From positions 1,208-65,207 of the forward strand of contig CANRCM010000002.1 in assembly GCA_947629085.1 (NCBI GenBank): 64,000 bases of DNA. Reading direction: 5' to 3'. This document shows positions 21,024-30,871 of this stretch, one piece after another. The DNA comes from an uncultured Clostridia bacterium (GTDB lineage Bacteria; Bacillota; Clostridia; TANB77; CAG-508). The notes under the pieces were generated by a model. That model ran no database searches, was not told the DNA's origin, and saw only the letters and a program-made list of their open reading frames with translations. Position numbers and translations under genes: made by a program. Each line of letters opens with the position of its first letter. Position 1 is the stretch's first letter.

Positions 21024-21743
21024 ATGGCAAAAAGTATTATTTCTGAGGGAAAGACTACGAACGAAGCTATAGAGAATGGTTTAAAAAAATTAAATGTTTC
21101 AAAAAGAAAAGTTGACATTAAAGTATTAGAAAATGAAGATAAAAGAAGCTTTTTTAGTATTTTGTCACCAAGAATAGTAAAAGTAGAGTTAACATTAAAA
21201 GAAGATGAACAAGATAAAGAAAATAGAGGAGAAAAGAAAGATTTAAAAGTTAAAAAAGAAATAATTTTATCAGAAGAAGAAAAAGAAAAATCTATAGCAA
21301 ATTTAAAAAAATTTTTAAAAGAATTTAGTGAAAACTTTTCAGAAAAAATAGAATATGAAATACAAGAAAAAGATAATTATATACATGTAAATTTAAAAGG
21401 AGAAGAGTTAGGTTTTTTAATAGGATACAGGGGAGAAACTTTATATAATATGCAAACTATTTTATCTGCAATAGCTGGTAAAGGAATTCAAAATAAAATA
21501 AGAGTTATATTGGATATACAAGATTATAAACAAAAAAGAGAAAAAACTCTAGAAGAATTAGCAGAGAAAGTTGCAAATACTGTAGTTAGAACAAAAAAAT
21601 CAATAAAGTTAGAACCTATGAAAGCATATGAAAGAAAAATAATTCATACCAAATTACAACAACATCCAAAAGTAGAAACAACAAGTATAGGGGAAGAACC
21701 ATATAGAAAAATTATAGTTTCTTTAAAAACAAATAAAAAATAA
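21024..21743 (+). CDS. jag: Jag/KhpB RNA-binding protein (KH plus R3H).
   Basis: 239 aa. C-terminal R3H-like region (YERKIIHTKLQQHPKVETTSIGEEPYRKIIV). Confidence 0.8.
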   Translation: MAKSIISEGKTTNEAIENGLKKLNVSKRKVDIKVLENEDKRSFFSILSPRIVKVELTLKEDEQDKENRGEKKDLKVKKEIILSEEEKEKSIANLKKFLKEFSENFSEKIEYEIQEKDNYIHVNLKGEELGFLIGYRGETLYNMQTILSAIAGKGIQNKIRVILDIQDYKQKREKTLEELAEKVANTVVRTKKSIKLEPMKAYERKIIHTKLQQHPKVETTSIGEEPYRKIIVSLKTNKK

Positions 21744-21820
21744 AATCGGAGGTCAAAGGTCGGATTTTACAAAAGATTTGTAAATTCTATCTTTGACTTT
21801 TTTTTATAATAGGAGGTAAA

Positions 21821-23192
21821 ATGAGTACAATAGTTTCAATATCTACTGCACCACGGAATTGGTGGTATAGGAATTGTTAGAATGAGTGGAAAAGATTGTT
21901 TTAAAATATTAGATAAAATATTCATTCCCAAAAACAAACAAAAAATAAGTGAAATAAAAGGATATACAATTAAATACGGGAACATAATTGAAAACGATGA
22001 AGTAATTGATGAAGTGTTAGTTTCGTATTTTAAGTCACCCAAAAGTTATACAACAGAAGATATGTGCGAAATTAATTCTCATGGTGGAAATATAATAATG
22101 AAAAGAATTTTAGAAATATGCTTAAAAAATGGAGCTACACTTGCTGAGCCTGGGGAATTCACAAAAAGAGCATTTTTAAATGGAAGAATAGACTTGTTGC
22201 AAGCAGAATCTGTTATAGATGTTATAAATGCTAAGTCAGAAAAAGAAGCAAAAACAGCTATAAAACAGCTAGAAGGGGAATTGTCAAAAAAAATATCAGA
22301 AATAAAAAACGAAATAATGAATGTTATGGTTAATATAGAAGTTTCAATAGATTATCCAGAATATGACATAGAAGATGTAACAAATAATGAAGTATTTTCA
22401 ATGTTAAACAGCATAGAAAAAAAATTAGAAAAATTATCTAAAAGTTTCGATAGCGGTAAAATAATAAAAGAAGGAATAAAAACAGCTATTATAGGAAAGC
22501 CAAATGTTGGTAAATCATCACTTTTAAATGCTATTTTAAAGGAAGATAGAGCAATAGTAACAGAATATGAAGGAACAACAAGAGATATAATTGAGGAATT
22601 CATTACAGTAGAAGGTATTCCTCTTAAATTAATGGATACAGCAGGAATCAGACAAACTAAAGATGAAGTAGAAAAAATAGGAATAAAAAAATCTAGAGAA
22701 ATAGTAGACACAGCAGATTTAATAATTGCAATATTTGATTCTTCCAAAGAAATAGAAAAAGAAGATTTAGAAATACTAGATTTAATAAAAGAAAAAAATT
22801 CAATTATTATATTAAATAAGACAGATCTAAAAGCTAAAATCAACGAAAATGATAAGAGATTGAAAGAAGCAAGCAAATATATTATAAAAATATCTGCATT
22901 AAATAAAATAGGAATTGATAGTTTATATGAAAAAATCAGTGAAATGTTTAATTTAAATAAAATAAATTTAGATAATGATGTTTTAATTACTAATATTAGA
23001 CAAAAAGATTTTATAAATAAAGCTATTGATAATGTAAAAAAAGCAAAAGAAACACTAGAGCAAAAAATGTCAATAGATATTACTGCTATATTTATTAAAG
23101 AGATTTTAGAAGAATTAGGTAAAATAACAGGTGAATTTGTTAGTGAAGACATAATAAATGAAATATTTGCCAAGTTTTGTTTAGGAAAATAA
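21821..23192 (+). CDS. mnmE: tRNA modification GTPase MnmE, with the N-terminal frame interrupted by one extra C at 21854.
   Basis: As written, the ATG at 21821 gives MSTIVSISTAPRNWWYRNC*. Deleting C21854 gives ...ISTAPGIGGIGIVRMSGKDCF, which matches the conserved TPxGxGGxGIxRxSG motif. G1-G4 GTPase motifs and the C-terminal CxGK are intact. Confidence 0.85.
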
Positions 23193-23658
23193 AGAAGCAG
23201 ACTAATGAGAATCAAAAATAACAAGTTTTTGTAATTTTTTCAAGTAATCTTATGACTAAAAACAAAAATTGGCTAAATTTTAAAAATAACAACAAATTGA
23301 TAATATATTAAAAAAGAAAGATAAAATAAAAATTAGGCAAAATAAAATTTAAAAAGTAAAGCTAAAAAACAACATATCTTATTAGTAAGCAAAAAAAGAT
23401 AAAATGTAATTTTTACAACTAAACAAACAAAAGGTTACATAAGATACATAAAATAATTTCATAAATAATTATAATATATATAAAACTGTGATAAAGCGTG
23501 TAAAATGGTAAAAGCTACTAATTATATTATTAAATAATAGAACAGCAATAATGTAACTGATAAGTAAAATTTAAATAAATAAATATACGAACTATATTTT
23601 TTTGTTTCACACGGAAGGAATAAGAAGGTGAAACATAAAAAAAGAAAGAGGAATAAAA

Positions 23659-25542
23659 ATGAAAGCAAATAAGGGAGAATATAAGGCGGGAAAATTTGAT
23701 GTTGCAGTAATAGGTGCAGGACATGCTGGTTGTGAAGCAGGTCTTGCAGCAGCAAGATTAGGTATGAAAACATTAATATTTTCTATAAGCTTGGAAGCTA
23801 TAGCGAATATGCCATGTAATCCACATATAGGAGGAAGTTCAAAAGGACATCTAGTAAGAGAAATAGATGCTCTTGGTGGAGAAATGGGGAAAAATATAGA
23901 TAAAACAATGATTCAAATAAAGATGTTAAATACATCAAAAGGACCAGCAGTTCATTCATTAAGAGCTCAAGCTGATAGAAAAAAGTATCAAGCAGAAATG
24001 AAACATACATTAGAAATGCAAGATAACCTATATTTAAAACAGGGAGAAATTGTTGAAATTTTAATTAAGGATAATAACGTTATAGGAGTAAAAACTGATC
24101 TTGGTGCTATATATGAAGTAAAATCTGTTATAGTTGCAACAGGAACATATTTAAAAGGAAAAATCTTTATAGGAAGTTATTCTAAAGAAAGTGGTCCAGA
24201 TGGAGTTTCTGCAGCAAATAAGCTTTCAGAAAGTTTGAAAAAATTAGGAATTGAATTAACAAGATTTAAGACAGGAACACCAGCAAGAATAAATAGACGA
24301 AGTATAGATTTTAGTAAAATGGAAGTACAAAAAGGTGATAATAACATAGAAGCTTTTTCTTTTGAAAATGAACCGAAGAATTTTAAACAAGTTGATTGTT
24401 ATTTAACTTATACGAATGAAAAAACACATGAGATAATAAGAAAAAACTTGAATAGATCTCCATTATATGCTGGAAAAATAGAAGGTACAGGTCCTAGATA
24501 CTGTCCGTCTATAGAGGATAAAGTGGTTAGGTTTAGTGATAAACCACGTCATCAGGCTTTTGTTGAACCAGTAGGGTTAGATACAGAAGAGATGTATATT
24601 CAAGGAATGAGTTCGTCTTTACCAGAAGATGTACAAATTGCTTTATATCATACAATTCCAGGATTAGAAAATGCAGAGTTTACAAGACCTGCATATGCAA
24701 TAGAATATGATTGTATTGATCCTTCAAATTTAAAATTATCATTGGAGTATAAAGGAATTAGTGGACTATTTATGGCTGGGCAAATAAATGGAACATCTGG
24801 ATATGAAGAAGCAGCTTGCCAAGGATTAATGTCAGGAATTAATGCAAGCAGAAAAATACAAGGAAAAGATCCAATTATATTAGATAGAACTCAAGGATAC
24901 ATTGGAGTTCTAATAGATGATATTGTTACTAAAGGAACAAACGAACCATATAGAATGATGACATCTAGAGCAGAGTATAGACTTTTGCTAAGACAAGATA
25001 ATGCTGATTTAAGACTTACAGAAATAGGACATAAAATAGGACTTATAAAAGAAGAAAGATACAAGAAATTTGAAGAAAAAAGAAATAATATAGAAAAGGA
25101 AATAAAAAGATTAAAACAATTAATAGTAAAACCAAGTGAAAAAATTAACAAAATATTAAGAGAAAATAATACAACAGAACTTACAACTGGTACTAAAATG
25201 AGCGAATTATTGAAAAGAACAGAATTAAACTACGAAAAGTTAGCTTCTATAGATGAAGAAAGACCTAGATTAACACGTCAAGAAAAAGAAGAAGTAGAAA
25301 TACAAATAAAATATGAAGGATATATAAAGATGCAAGAAGCACAGGTTGAAAAATTTAAAAAACTAGAATCAAAAAAACTACCAGAGGATTTAGATTATGA
25401 AAAAATAAAAGGAATCAGCTTAGAAGGAAGACAAAAGTTAAATAAATTTAAGCCTCTTTCAATCGGACAAGCTTCTAGAATATCAGGAGTTTCACCTGCT
25501 GATATATCTGTTTTGTTAATTTATTTACAACAATTAAAATAG
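23659..25542 (+). CDS. mnmG: tRNA uridine 5-carboxymethylaminomethyl modification enzyme MnmG (GidA).
   Basis: 627 aa. FAD-binding N-terminus ([14 protein letters not shown]). Confidence 0.95.
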   Translation: MKANKGEYKAGKFDVAVIGAGHAGCEAGLAAARLGMKTLIFSISLEAIANMPCNPHIGGSSKGHLVREIDALGGEMGKNIDKTMIQIKMLNTSKGPAVHSLRAQADRKKYQAEMKHTLEMQDNLYLKQGEIVEILIKDNNVIGVKTDLGAIYEVKSVIVATGTYLKGKIFIGSYSKESGPDGVSAANKLSESLKKLGIELTRFKTGTPARINRRSIDFSKMEVQKGDNNIEAFSFENEPKNFKQVDCYLTYTNEKTHEIIRKNLNRSPLYAGKIEGTGPRYCPSIEDKVVRFSDKPRHQAFVEPVGLDTEEMYIQGMSSSLPEDVQIALYHTIPGLENAEFTRPAYAIEYDCIDPSNLKLSLEYKGISGLFMAGQINGTSGYEEAACQGLMSGINASRKIQGKDPIILDRTQGYIGVLIDDIVTKGTNEPYRMMTSRAEYRLLLRQDNADLRLTEIGHKIGLIKEERYKKFEEKRNNIEKEIKRLKQLIVKPSEKINKILRENNTTELTTGTKMSELLKRTELNYEKLASIDEERPRLTRQEKEEVEIQIKYEGYIKMQEAQVEKFKKLESKKLPEDLDYEKIKGISLEGRQKLNKFKPLSIGQASRISGVSPADISVLLIYLQQLK

Positions 25543-25555
25543 TAAGGAGTTGTAC

Positions 25556-26278
25556 ATGGAAATAAAAGAATTTAAAGAAGAATTAGAAGGGTATTTAAAA
25601 ATTTTAAATATTAATGTTAAAAATCAACAAATACAACAGTTATATGAATATATGAATGTATTGATAGAATGGAATAAAAATATTAATTTAACCGCGATTG
25701 TAGAATCAAAAGAAATAATATTAAAGCATTTTATTGATTCATTAACTATAAATAAATATATAGAAAAAGGAATCAATTTAATTGATGTTGGGACAGGAGC
25801 AGGTTTTCCTGGAATACCTTTAAAAATTATAAGACCGGATATTAATATTACTTTAGTAGATTCTTTAAATAAAAGAATAAAATTTTTAGATTATACAATA
25901 GGAAAATTAAAATTAGGAAATATAAAAACTATTCATAAAAGAGCAGAAGAACTAGGAAGAGATAAATTATATAGAGAAAAATACGATATTGCTACATCAA
26001 GGGCTGTAGCAAATGTTTCAACATTATCAGAATATTTGATTCCTCTTGTTAAAGAATCTGGAAAATGTATATATATGAAAGGACCAGATATAGATACTGA
26101 ATTAGAAGAAGGGAAAAAATCAATAGATGTTTTAGGTGGAAAAATAATAAATAAAGATGAATTTGAATTACCTAAAACGGATATAAAAAGAACAATAATT
26201 GTCATTCAAAAATATAAAAAAACACCAACAAAATATCCAAGAAAGCCGGGAATTCCTGCAAAAGAACCTATTCAATAA
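25556..26278 (+). CDS. rsmG: 16S rRNA m7G527 methyltransferase RsmG (GidB).
   Basis: SAM motif (IDVGTGAGFPGIPL). The ATG at 25556 follows RBS AAGGAG. Confidence 0.9.
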   Translation: MEIKEFKEELEGYLKILNINVKNQQIQQLYEYMNVLIEWNKNINLTAIVESKEIILKHFIDSLTINKYIEKGINLIDVGTGAGFPGIPLKIIRPDINITLVDSLNKRIKFLDYTIGKLKLGNIKTIHKRAEELGRDKLYREKYDIATSRAVANVSTLSEYLIPLVKESGKCIYMKGPDIDTELEEGKKSIDVLGGKIINKDEFELPKTDIKRTIIVIQKYKKTPTKYPRKPGIPAKEPIQ

Positions 26279-26427
26279 AAGATTAATAAAAATAGTATTA
26301 ATATATAAACAAAAAGTCGACAAATTTTTAAAAATTTATTGACTTTTTTTATATATTTTTATATTATAATAGTGCAATACATCATAAACTATGAAGTAAA
26401 TATTAACTAAAAATGGAGGCAATAAAA

Positions 26428-27216
26428 TTGGGAAAAATAGTATCATTAGCAAATCAAAAAGGTGGAGTAGGGAAGACCACAACAACAATAAATTTAGGGA
26501 CAATATTAGCTAAAAAAGGTAAAAAAGTATTATTAATAGATGCAGATCCTCAAGGTAATGCAACAAGTGGTATAGGCGTAGAAAAAGATGCCGAATACTC
26601 AACATATGATATTTTAGTAAATGAAACAAAATTACAAGATGCAATCCAAGATACAATAATTAAAAATCTAAAAGTATGTCCAGCTAATATGAGTTTAGCA
26701 GGTGCAGAAGTAGAATTAGTTTCTATGATGTCAAGAGAACAAAGGCTAAAAGAAAAGTTAGAAGAAGTAAAAGATGAATACGACTATGTTTTAATAGATT
26801 GTCCTCCATCATTAGGATTAATTACTTTAAATGCATTTACAGCATCAGATAGTGTTTTAATACCAGTACAATGTGAGTATTTTGCTTTAGAAGGATTAGG
26901 ACAACTAATGAACACTATAGATTTAGTAAAAAAACATTTAAATAAAGAAATACAAATTGAAGGTGCATTACTTACAATGTATGATATAAGAACTAATTTA
27001 TCAAATCAAGTTGTAAAAGAGGTAAAAAAGTATTTTGGAAATAGAGTGTATAAAGCAGTAATACCGAGAAATGTAAGACTTAGTGAAGCTCCAAGTTATG
27101 GTATGCCTATTACAGAATATGATCCTCGTTCTAAGGGTGCAAAAAGTTATACTAAGTTTGCAAAAGAGTTTTTAAAAATGAATGAAGAAGATAAAAAAGC
27201 AAAACATATGATGTAA
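26428..27216 (+). CDS. soj: Chromosome partitioning ATPase ParA/Soj.
   Basis: TTG start after GGAGG gives MGKIVSLANQKGGVGKTTT. The ATG used by the ORF track sits inside the RBS. Confidence 0.9.
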   Translation: MGKIVSLANQKGGVGKTTTTINLGTILAKKGKKVLLIDADPQGNATSGIGVEKDAEYSTYDILVNETKLQDAIQDTIIKNLKVCPANMSLAGAEVELVSMMSREQRLKEKLEEVKDEYDYVLIDCPPSLGLITLNAFTASDSVLIPVQCEYFALEGLGQLMNTIDLVKKHLNKEIQIEGALLTMYDIRTNLSNQVVKEVKKYFGNRVYKAVIPRNVRLSEAPSYGMPITEYDPRSKGAKSYTKFAKEFLKMNEEDKKAKHMM

Positions 27217-27230
27217 GGAGGAAAAATAAA

Positions 27231-28070
27231 ATGGCAAAAATGACAGGATTAGGAAAAGGGTTAGATGCTTTATTTGGACCAGCTCCAGAAGAAGAACAAA
27301 TTAAAGAAAATGACACTTTAAAAACATTAAAAATTACAGAAGTAGAACCTAATAGAGATCAACCAAGAAAAAGATTTGAACAATCGGCTTTAGAAGAATT
27401 ATCAGATTCTATAAAAGAATATGGATTGATTCAACCTATAGTTGTTACTAAAAAAGATGGATATTATAGCATAATAGCAGGAGAAAGAAGATGGAGGGCT
27501 TCTAAATTAGCAGGATTAAAAGAAATACCTGCTATTATAAGAGAAGATGATGAAAAAACAAATTCTGAAATATCTTTAATAGAAAATATGCAAAGAGAAG
27601 ACTTAAATCCAGTGGAAAAGGCAATGGGAATAAAGAAACTAATGGATAGTTATGGAATGTCTCAAGAAGTGGTATCTAAAAAACTAGGAAAAGGAAGAAG
27701 TACAATAGCAAACTGGGTAAGAGTTTTAAATCTAGAACCAAGAGTTTTAGAAATGGCAAAAGAGGGTAAAATAACAGAAGGACATTGTAAAGCATTACTT
27801 GCAATTACAGATCCAGAAAAACAATATCAAACAGCTATACATATGCTAGAGAGGGGACAAACTGTAAGACAAATAGAGAAAAAAGCTAAAGTAAAAGAGA
27901 CAAAAGAAGAAGAAAAAAGAAAACATGTGTTATATAAAAATATAGAAGATACATTTCAAGGATTTTTCGGTTCAAAAGTTAGATTAGATGCTGGAAAAAG
28001 ACGAGGAAAAATAATTATTGAATATACATCAAATGATGATTTAGAAAGAATATTAGGATTAATTAAATAA
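27231..28070 (+). CDS. spo0J: Chromosome partitioning protein ParB/Spo0J.
   Basis: ParB box (GLIQPIVV...AGERRWRAS) plus HTH. Only one ParB paralog is present; no noc. Confidence 0.9.
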   Translation: MAKMTGLGKGLDALFGPAPEEEQIKENDTLKTLKITEVEPNRDQPRKRFEQSALEELSDSIKEYGLIQPIVVTKKDGYYSIIAGERRWRASKLAGLKEIPAIIREDDEKTNSEISLIENMQREDLNPVEKAMGIKKLMDSYGMSQEVVSKKLGKGRSTIANWVRVLNLEPRVLEMAKEGKITEGHCKALLAITDPEKQYQTAIHMLERGQTVRQIEKKAKVKETKEEEKRKHVLYKNIEDTFQGFFGSKVRLDAGKRRGKIIIEYTSNDDLERILGLIK

Positions 28071-28157
28071 AACACAAAAAATCCAAAATTTACTATTGAC
28101 AAATGTTCACAAAAATGCTAATATAAATACTGTCGCTGGACATTTGTCTTATGATAT

Positions 28158-28249
<92 letters not shown>

Positions 28250-28306
28250 AACAATAAAAAGTTAGATATTAAAAGATATAAAATATCTAACTTTTATTTA
28301 TAAAAT

Positions 28307-28396
28307 GGAGATGTACCCAAGTGGTGAAGGGGACTGTTTGCTAAACAGTTAGGTCGTGAAAACGGCGCGGAGGTTCGAACCCTCTCATCTCCGCCA
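28307..28396 (+). tRNA. tRNA-Ser (anticodon GCT).
   Basis: Anticodon loop TTGCTAA, long variable arm, T-loop GGTTCGAACCC, CCA. A terminator hairpin follows at 28402-28448. Confidence 0.85.
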
Positions 28397-28578
28397 ATAA
28401 AAATAGACAATAGAAATGAAAATACTATTGTCTATTTTTTGTTAAAGAATATTATAAAACATGATACCTATACAACTAATAGTTATAGTTGAAAAAGGTT
28501 ATAAATTACATTATATTATATATGGCATACTACAATTTTGTATTAAACAAATATTGAAATTTAGACAAACTAAGTATG

Positions 28579-28607
28579 TTACAAACGTATTACAAAAGCA
28601 TTACAAA
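28579..28607 (+). promoter_or_regulatory. Three TTACAAA direct repeats at exact 11-bp phasing, upstream of the pilin-like gene array.
   Basis: TTACAAA at 28579, 28590 and 28601. Confidence 0.35.
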
Positions 28608-28689
28608 TTCATTAATTTTCTAAAAAATGACAAAAAAGTTGAAAAAAACTAAAAAAAGTAGTATAATTAAAAAGAATAGAGGTAAAAGT

Positions 28690-29073
28690 ATGAAAAAAAC
28701 AATAGAAACAAGTTTTAAAATTATAGCAATAGTTTTTATTTTAATAACAATTTTTTGTTTTTTTAGTAATAAATATGTGTGCGCGGCAAGTGATGGTAAA
28801 TTTAATCCTGATGATTATAAAGTTGATACTTCTTTAGACGGAGATACAAAAATTAAAGAAATAGGAAATAAAATAATTGGACCTGTTTCATTAATAGGTA
28901 GCTTAGTTTCAGTTATGGCAATAATAATTATTGGTATCAAATATATGTTAGGAAGTGTAGAAGAAAAAGCACAATATAAAGAAACATTAGGTCCATATTT
29001 TATAGGCGCTGTACTAGTATTTGGAATAATAACAGTTTTATCTATTGTACGAACAATTGCTTCATCATTATAG
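28690..29073 (+). CDS. VirB2/TrbC-like pilin-family small membrane protein, paralog 1.
   Basis: RBS GAGG. Signal peptide, a variable acidic segment, then the conserved core GIKYMLGSVEEKAQYKETLGPYFIGAVLVFG flanked by two TM helices. Confidence 0.6.
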   Translation: MKKTIETSFKIIAIVFILITIFCFFSNKYVCAASDGKFNPDDYKVDTSLDGDTKIKEIGNKIIGPVSLIGSLVSVMAIIIIGIKYMLGSVEEKAQYKETLGPYFIGAVLVFGIITVLSIVRTIASSL

Positions 29074-29090
29074 AAAAGAAGGTGAGAAAA

Positions 29091-29462
29091 ATGCAAAATA
29101 AAACAATCAAATTAATAGCAATTATAAGTTTATTTATTATAATATGTATTTTTCCAATAAAAGTTTTTTCTAGCTGGGTTGATGATGCAAAAGGATTTTT
29201 AGATGCTGCAGATGATACAGCAGTAGTTGATCAAGAGCAACTTCATAAAACATCAAATGATGTTTACAATATATTAACATCAATAGGAATGATAGTTTCT
29301 GTTGTTGTAGGTATAGTATTAGGAATTATTTATATGATGTCAAGTGCAATAGATAAGGCAAAAGTAAAAGAGTCATTAATTCCATATTTAATAGGAAGTT
29401 TAATAATTTTCGGTGCATTTGGAATATGGAAATTAATTATTAATACATTTAGTGGATTGTAA
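29091..29462 (+). CDS. VirB2/TrbC-like pilin-family small membrane protein, paralog 2 (most divergent).
   Basis: Core IIYMMSSAIDKAKVKESLIPYLIGSLIIFG. Confidence 0.55.
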   Translation: MQNKTIKLIAIISLFIIICIFPIKVFSSWVDDAKGFLDAADDTAVVDQEQLHKTSNDVYNILTSIGMIVSVVVGIVLGIIYMMSSAIDKAKVKESLIPYLIGSLIIFGAFGIWKLIINTFSGL

Positions 29463-29475
29463 TAGGAGAATAAAT

Positions 29476-29808
29476 ATGAAAAAATATATAAAAATATTTA
29501 TTTTATTAATATTAATTATAAGTTTTTTAATGACTACTGTATATGGATTTAAATTAGAAGACTTAGATGGAAGTGGAGCTACAACAGGAAATATAAAAAC
29601 TACTGGAAATGTGATCTTGAAATATTTATCTATTATAGCTTCAGGCATATCGATAATTGCAATTATTGCATTAGGAATAAAATATATGATGGGAAGTATA
29701 GAAGAAAAAGCACAATACAAAAAGACATTATTACCATATTTTATTGGTGCAGTATTTGTATTTGGAGCAACTGCAGTAGCTCAAGTAATATATAAAATGT
29801 TTAATTAG
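29476..29808 (+). CDS. VirB2/TrbC-like pilin-family small membrane protein, paralog 3.
   Basis: RBS AGGAGA. Core GIKYMMGSIEEKAQYKKTLLPYFIGAVFVFG. Confidence 0.6.
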   Translation: MKKYIKIFILLILIISFLMTTVYGFKLEDLDGSGATTGNIKTTGNVILKYLSIIASGISIIAIIALGIKYMMGSIEEKAQYKKTLLPYFIGAVFVFGATAVAQVIYKMFN

Positions 29809-29872
29809 TTTTTAAAGTTTTCTCACACAACGGGAAATTAATATAAAAGAAAAAGTAAAAGGAGGAATAGAT

Positions 29873-30241
29873 ATGAAAAAAATCCAAACAATATCAAAAA
29901 TACTTACAATAGCATTATTAACTATTATGTTGATAAGTACTTTCTCAACAGTATTTGGAGCAGTTGCGTGGAATCCAGACAAATGGAACGGAACCTCAGA
30001 AAGTATAAAAGCTGATCAAGTAGAAGATTTTATGGAAGGTGTAATAAATATAGTTTCTATAGTTGGATCAGCAGCAGCAATTATTTTTATAATTGTATTA
30101 GGTGTTAAATACATGATGGGAAGTGCAGAAGAAAAAGCAGATTACAAGAAAACATTATTACCATATTTTATTGGTGCAGTAATGGTTTTTGGTGCATCAA
30201 TATTAACAAAATTTATATATACTTTAATGAAAAATTCATAA
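29873..30241 (+). CDS. VirB2/TrbC-like pilin-family small membrane protein, paralog 4.
   Basis: RBS AAAGGAGG. Core GVKYMMGSAEEKADYKKTLLPYFIGAVMVFG. Confidence 0.6.
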   Translation: MKKIQTISKILTIALLTIMLISTFSTVFGAVAWNPDKWNGTSESIKADQVEDFMEGVINIVSIVGSAAAIIFIIVLGVKYMMGSAEEKADYKKTLLPYFIGAVMVFGASILTKFIYTLMKNS

Positions 30242-30350
30242 TATTAATTAAACAAAAAATCAAAACAAAAAAGGACGGGGAGAAATACCCTGTTCTCTTT
30301 TTTGTTTTAAAATACTTTTAATCATGCTTAAAGATATTAATTAATAATCT

Positions 30351-30450
30351 GTACAAATATTAAGAAAAAGTTACAAGAATATTACAAATATATTAAAATT
30401 TGATTTTTTTTGATATATAGTTACAAATATAGGTAAAATCTGTTATAATA
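30351..30450 (+). promoter_or_regulatory. TTACAAA-type heptamer repeats plus an extended -10, upstream of the VirB3/VirB4 genes.
   Basis: GTACAAA at 30351, TTACAAG at 30371, TTACAAA at 30382 (11-bp step) and at 30421. TGTTATAAT at 30442-30450. Confidence 0.3.
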
Positions 30451-30493
30451 ATATTAAGTAGAAATGGGTTTAAGTTCAAGGAGGGATAATACT

Positions 30494-30871
30494 ATGCAAA
30501 CTTATAATATACCAAGAAATTATAAAGGAGAAGGTAGGATTCTCTATATATTTTCAACTAAGGCAATTATATATACAGCTATAGGAATAGGTATTGGTTT
30601 GATATTTTATTTTATATTTAATTTAATAGGACTAACAGTTTTAGGAATAATTATTTCTGTTATTTTAGGAGCAATTGGATTTGCAATAGCAACATTTAAA
30701 GTACCAGAATTAAAAAACTTTGAAATAACAAAAAAAACAGGTGGAGAAAACATAGATAATGTAATAAAAAGATGGTATATGTTCAAAAAAAAGAAAAACA
30801 AAATATATGTTTATGCAGAAAAAGATAATAAATATTTAAAACCAAAAAAGGAGGAAACAAAAGATGAATGA
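30494..30871 (+). CDS. VirB3/PrgI-like two-TM protein.
   Basis: RBS AAGGAGGG. Two TM helices. Sits directly upstream of VirB4, the usual VirB3 position in Gram-positive T4SS loci. Confidence 0.6.
   Translation: MQTYNIPRNYKGEGRILYIFSTKAIIYTAIGIGIGLIFYFIFNLIGLTVLGIIISVILGAIGFAIATFKVPELKNFEITKKTGGENIDNVIKRWYMFKKKKNKIYVYAEKDNKYLKPKKEETKDE

Noticed and set aside
21745-21775. AAAATCGGAGGTCAAAGGTCGGATTTT after jag as a terminator palindrome.
   Set aside because: It is not a true inverted repeat; it is a GGTC direct repeat. The real palindrome is the adjacent TTACAAAAGATTTGTAA.
28461-28689. ORF 28461-28652 and the 28627 upstream extension of the first pilin gene.
   Set aside because: No RBS and low-complexity sequence. 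The pilin gene has a well-placed GAGG RBS before the ATG at 28690. This stretch is more likely a promoter or leader region; it contains the TTACAAA repeats.
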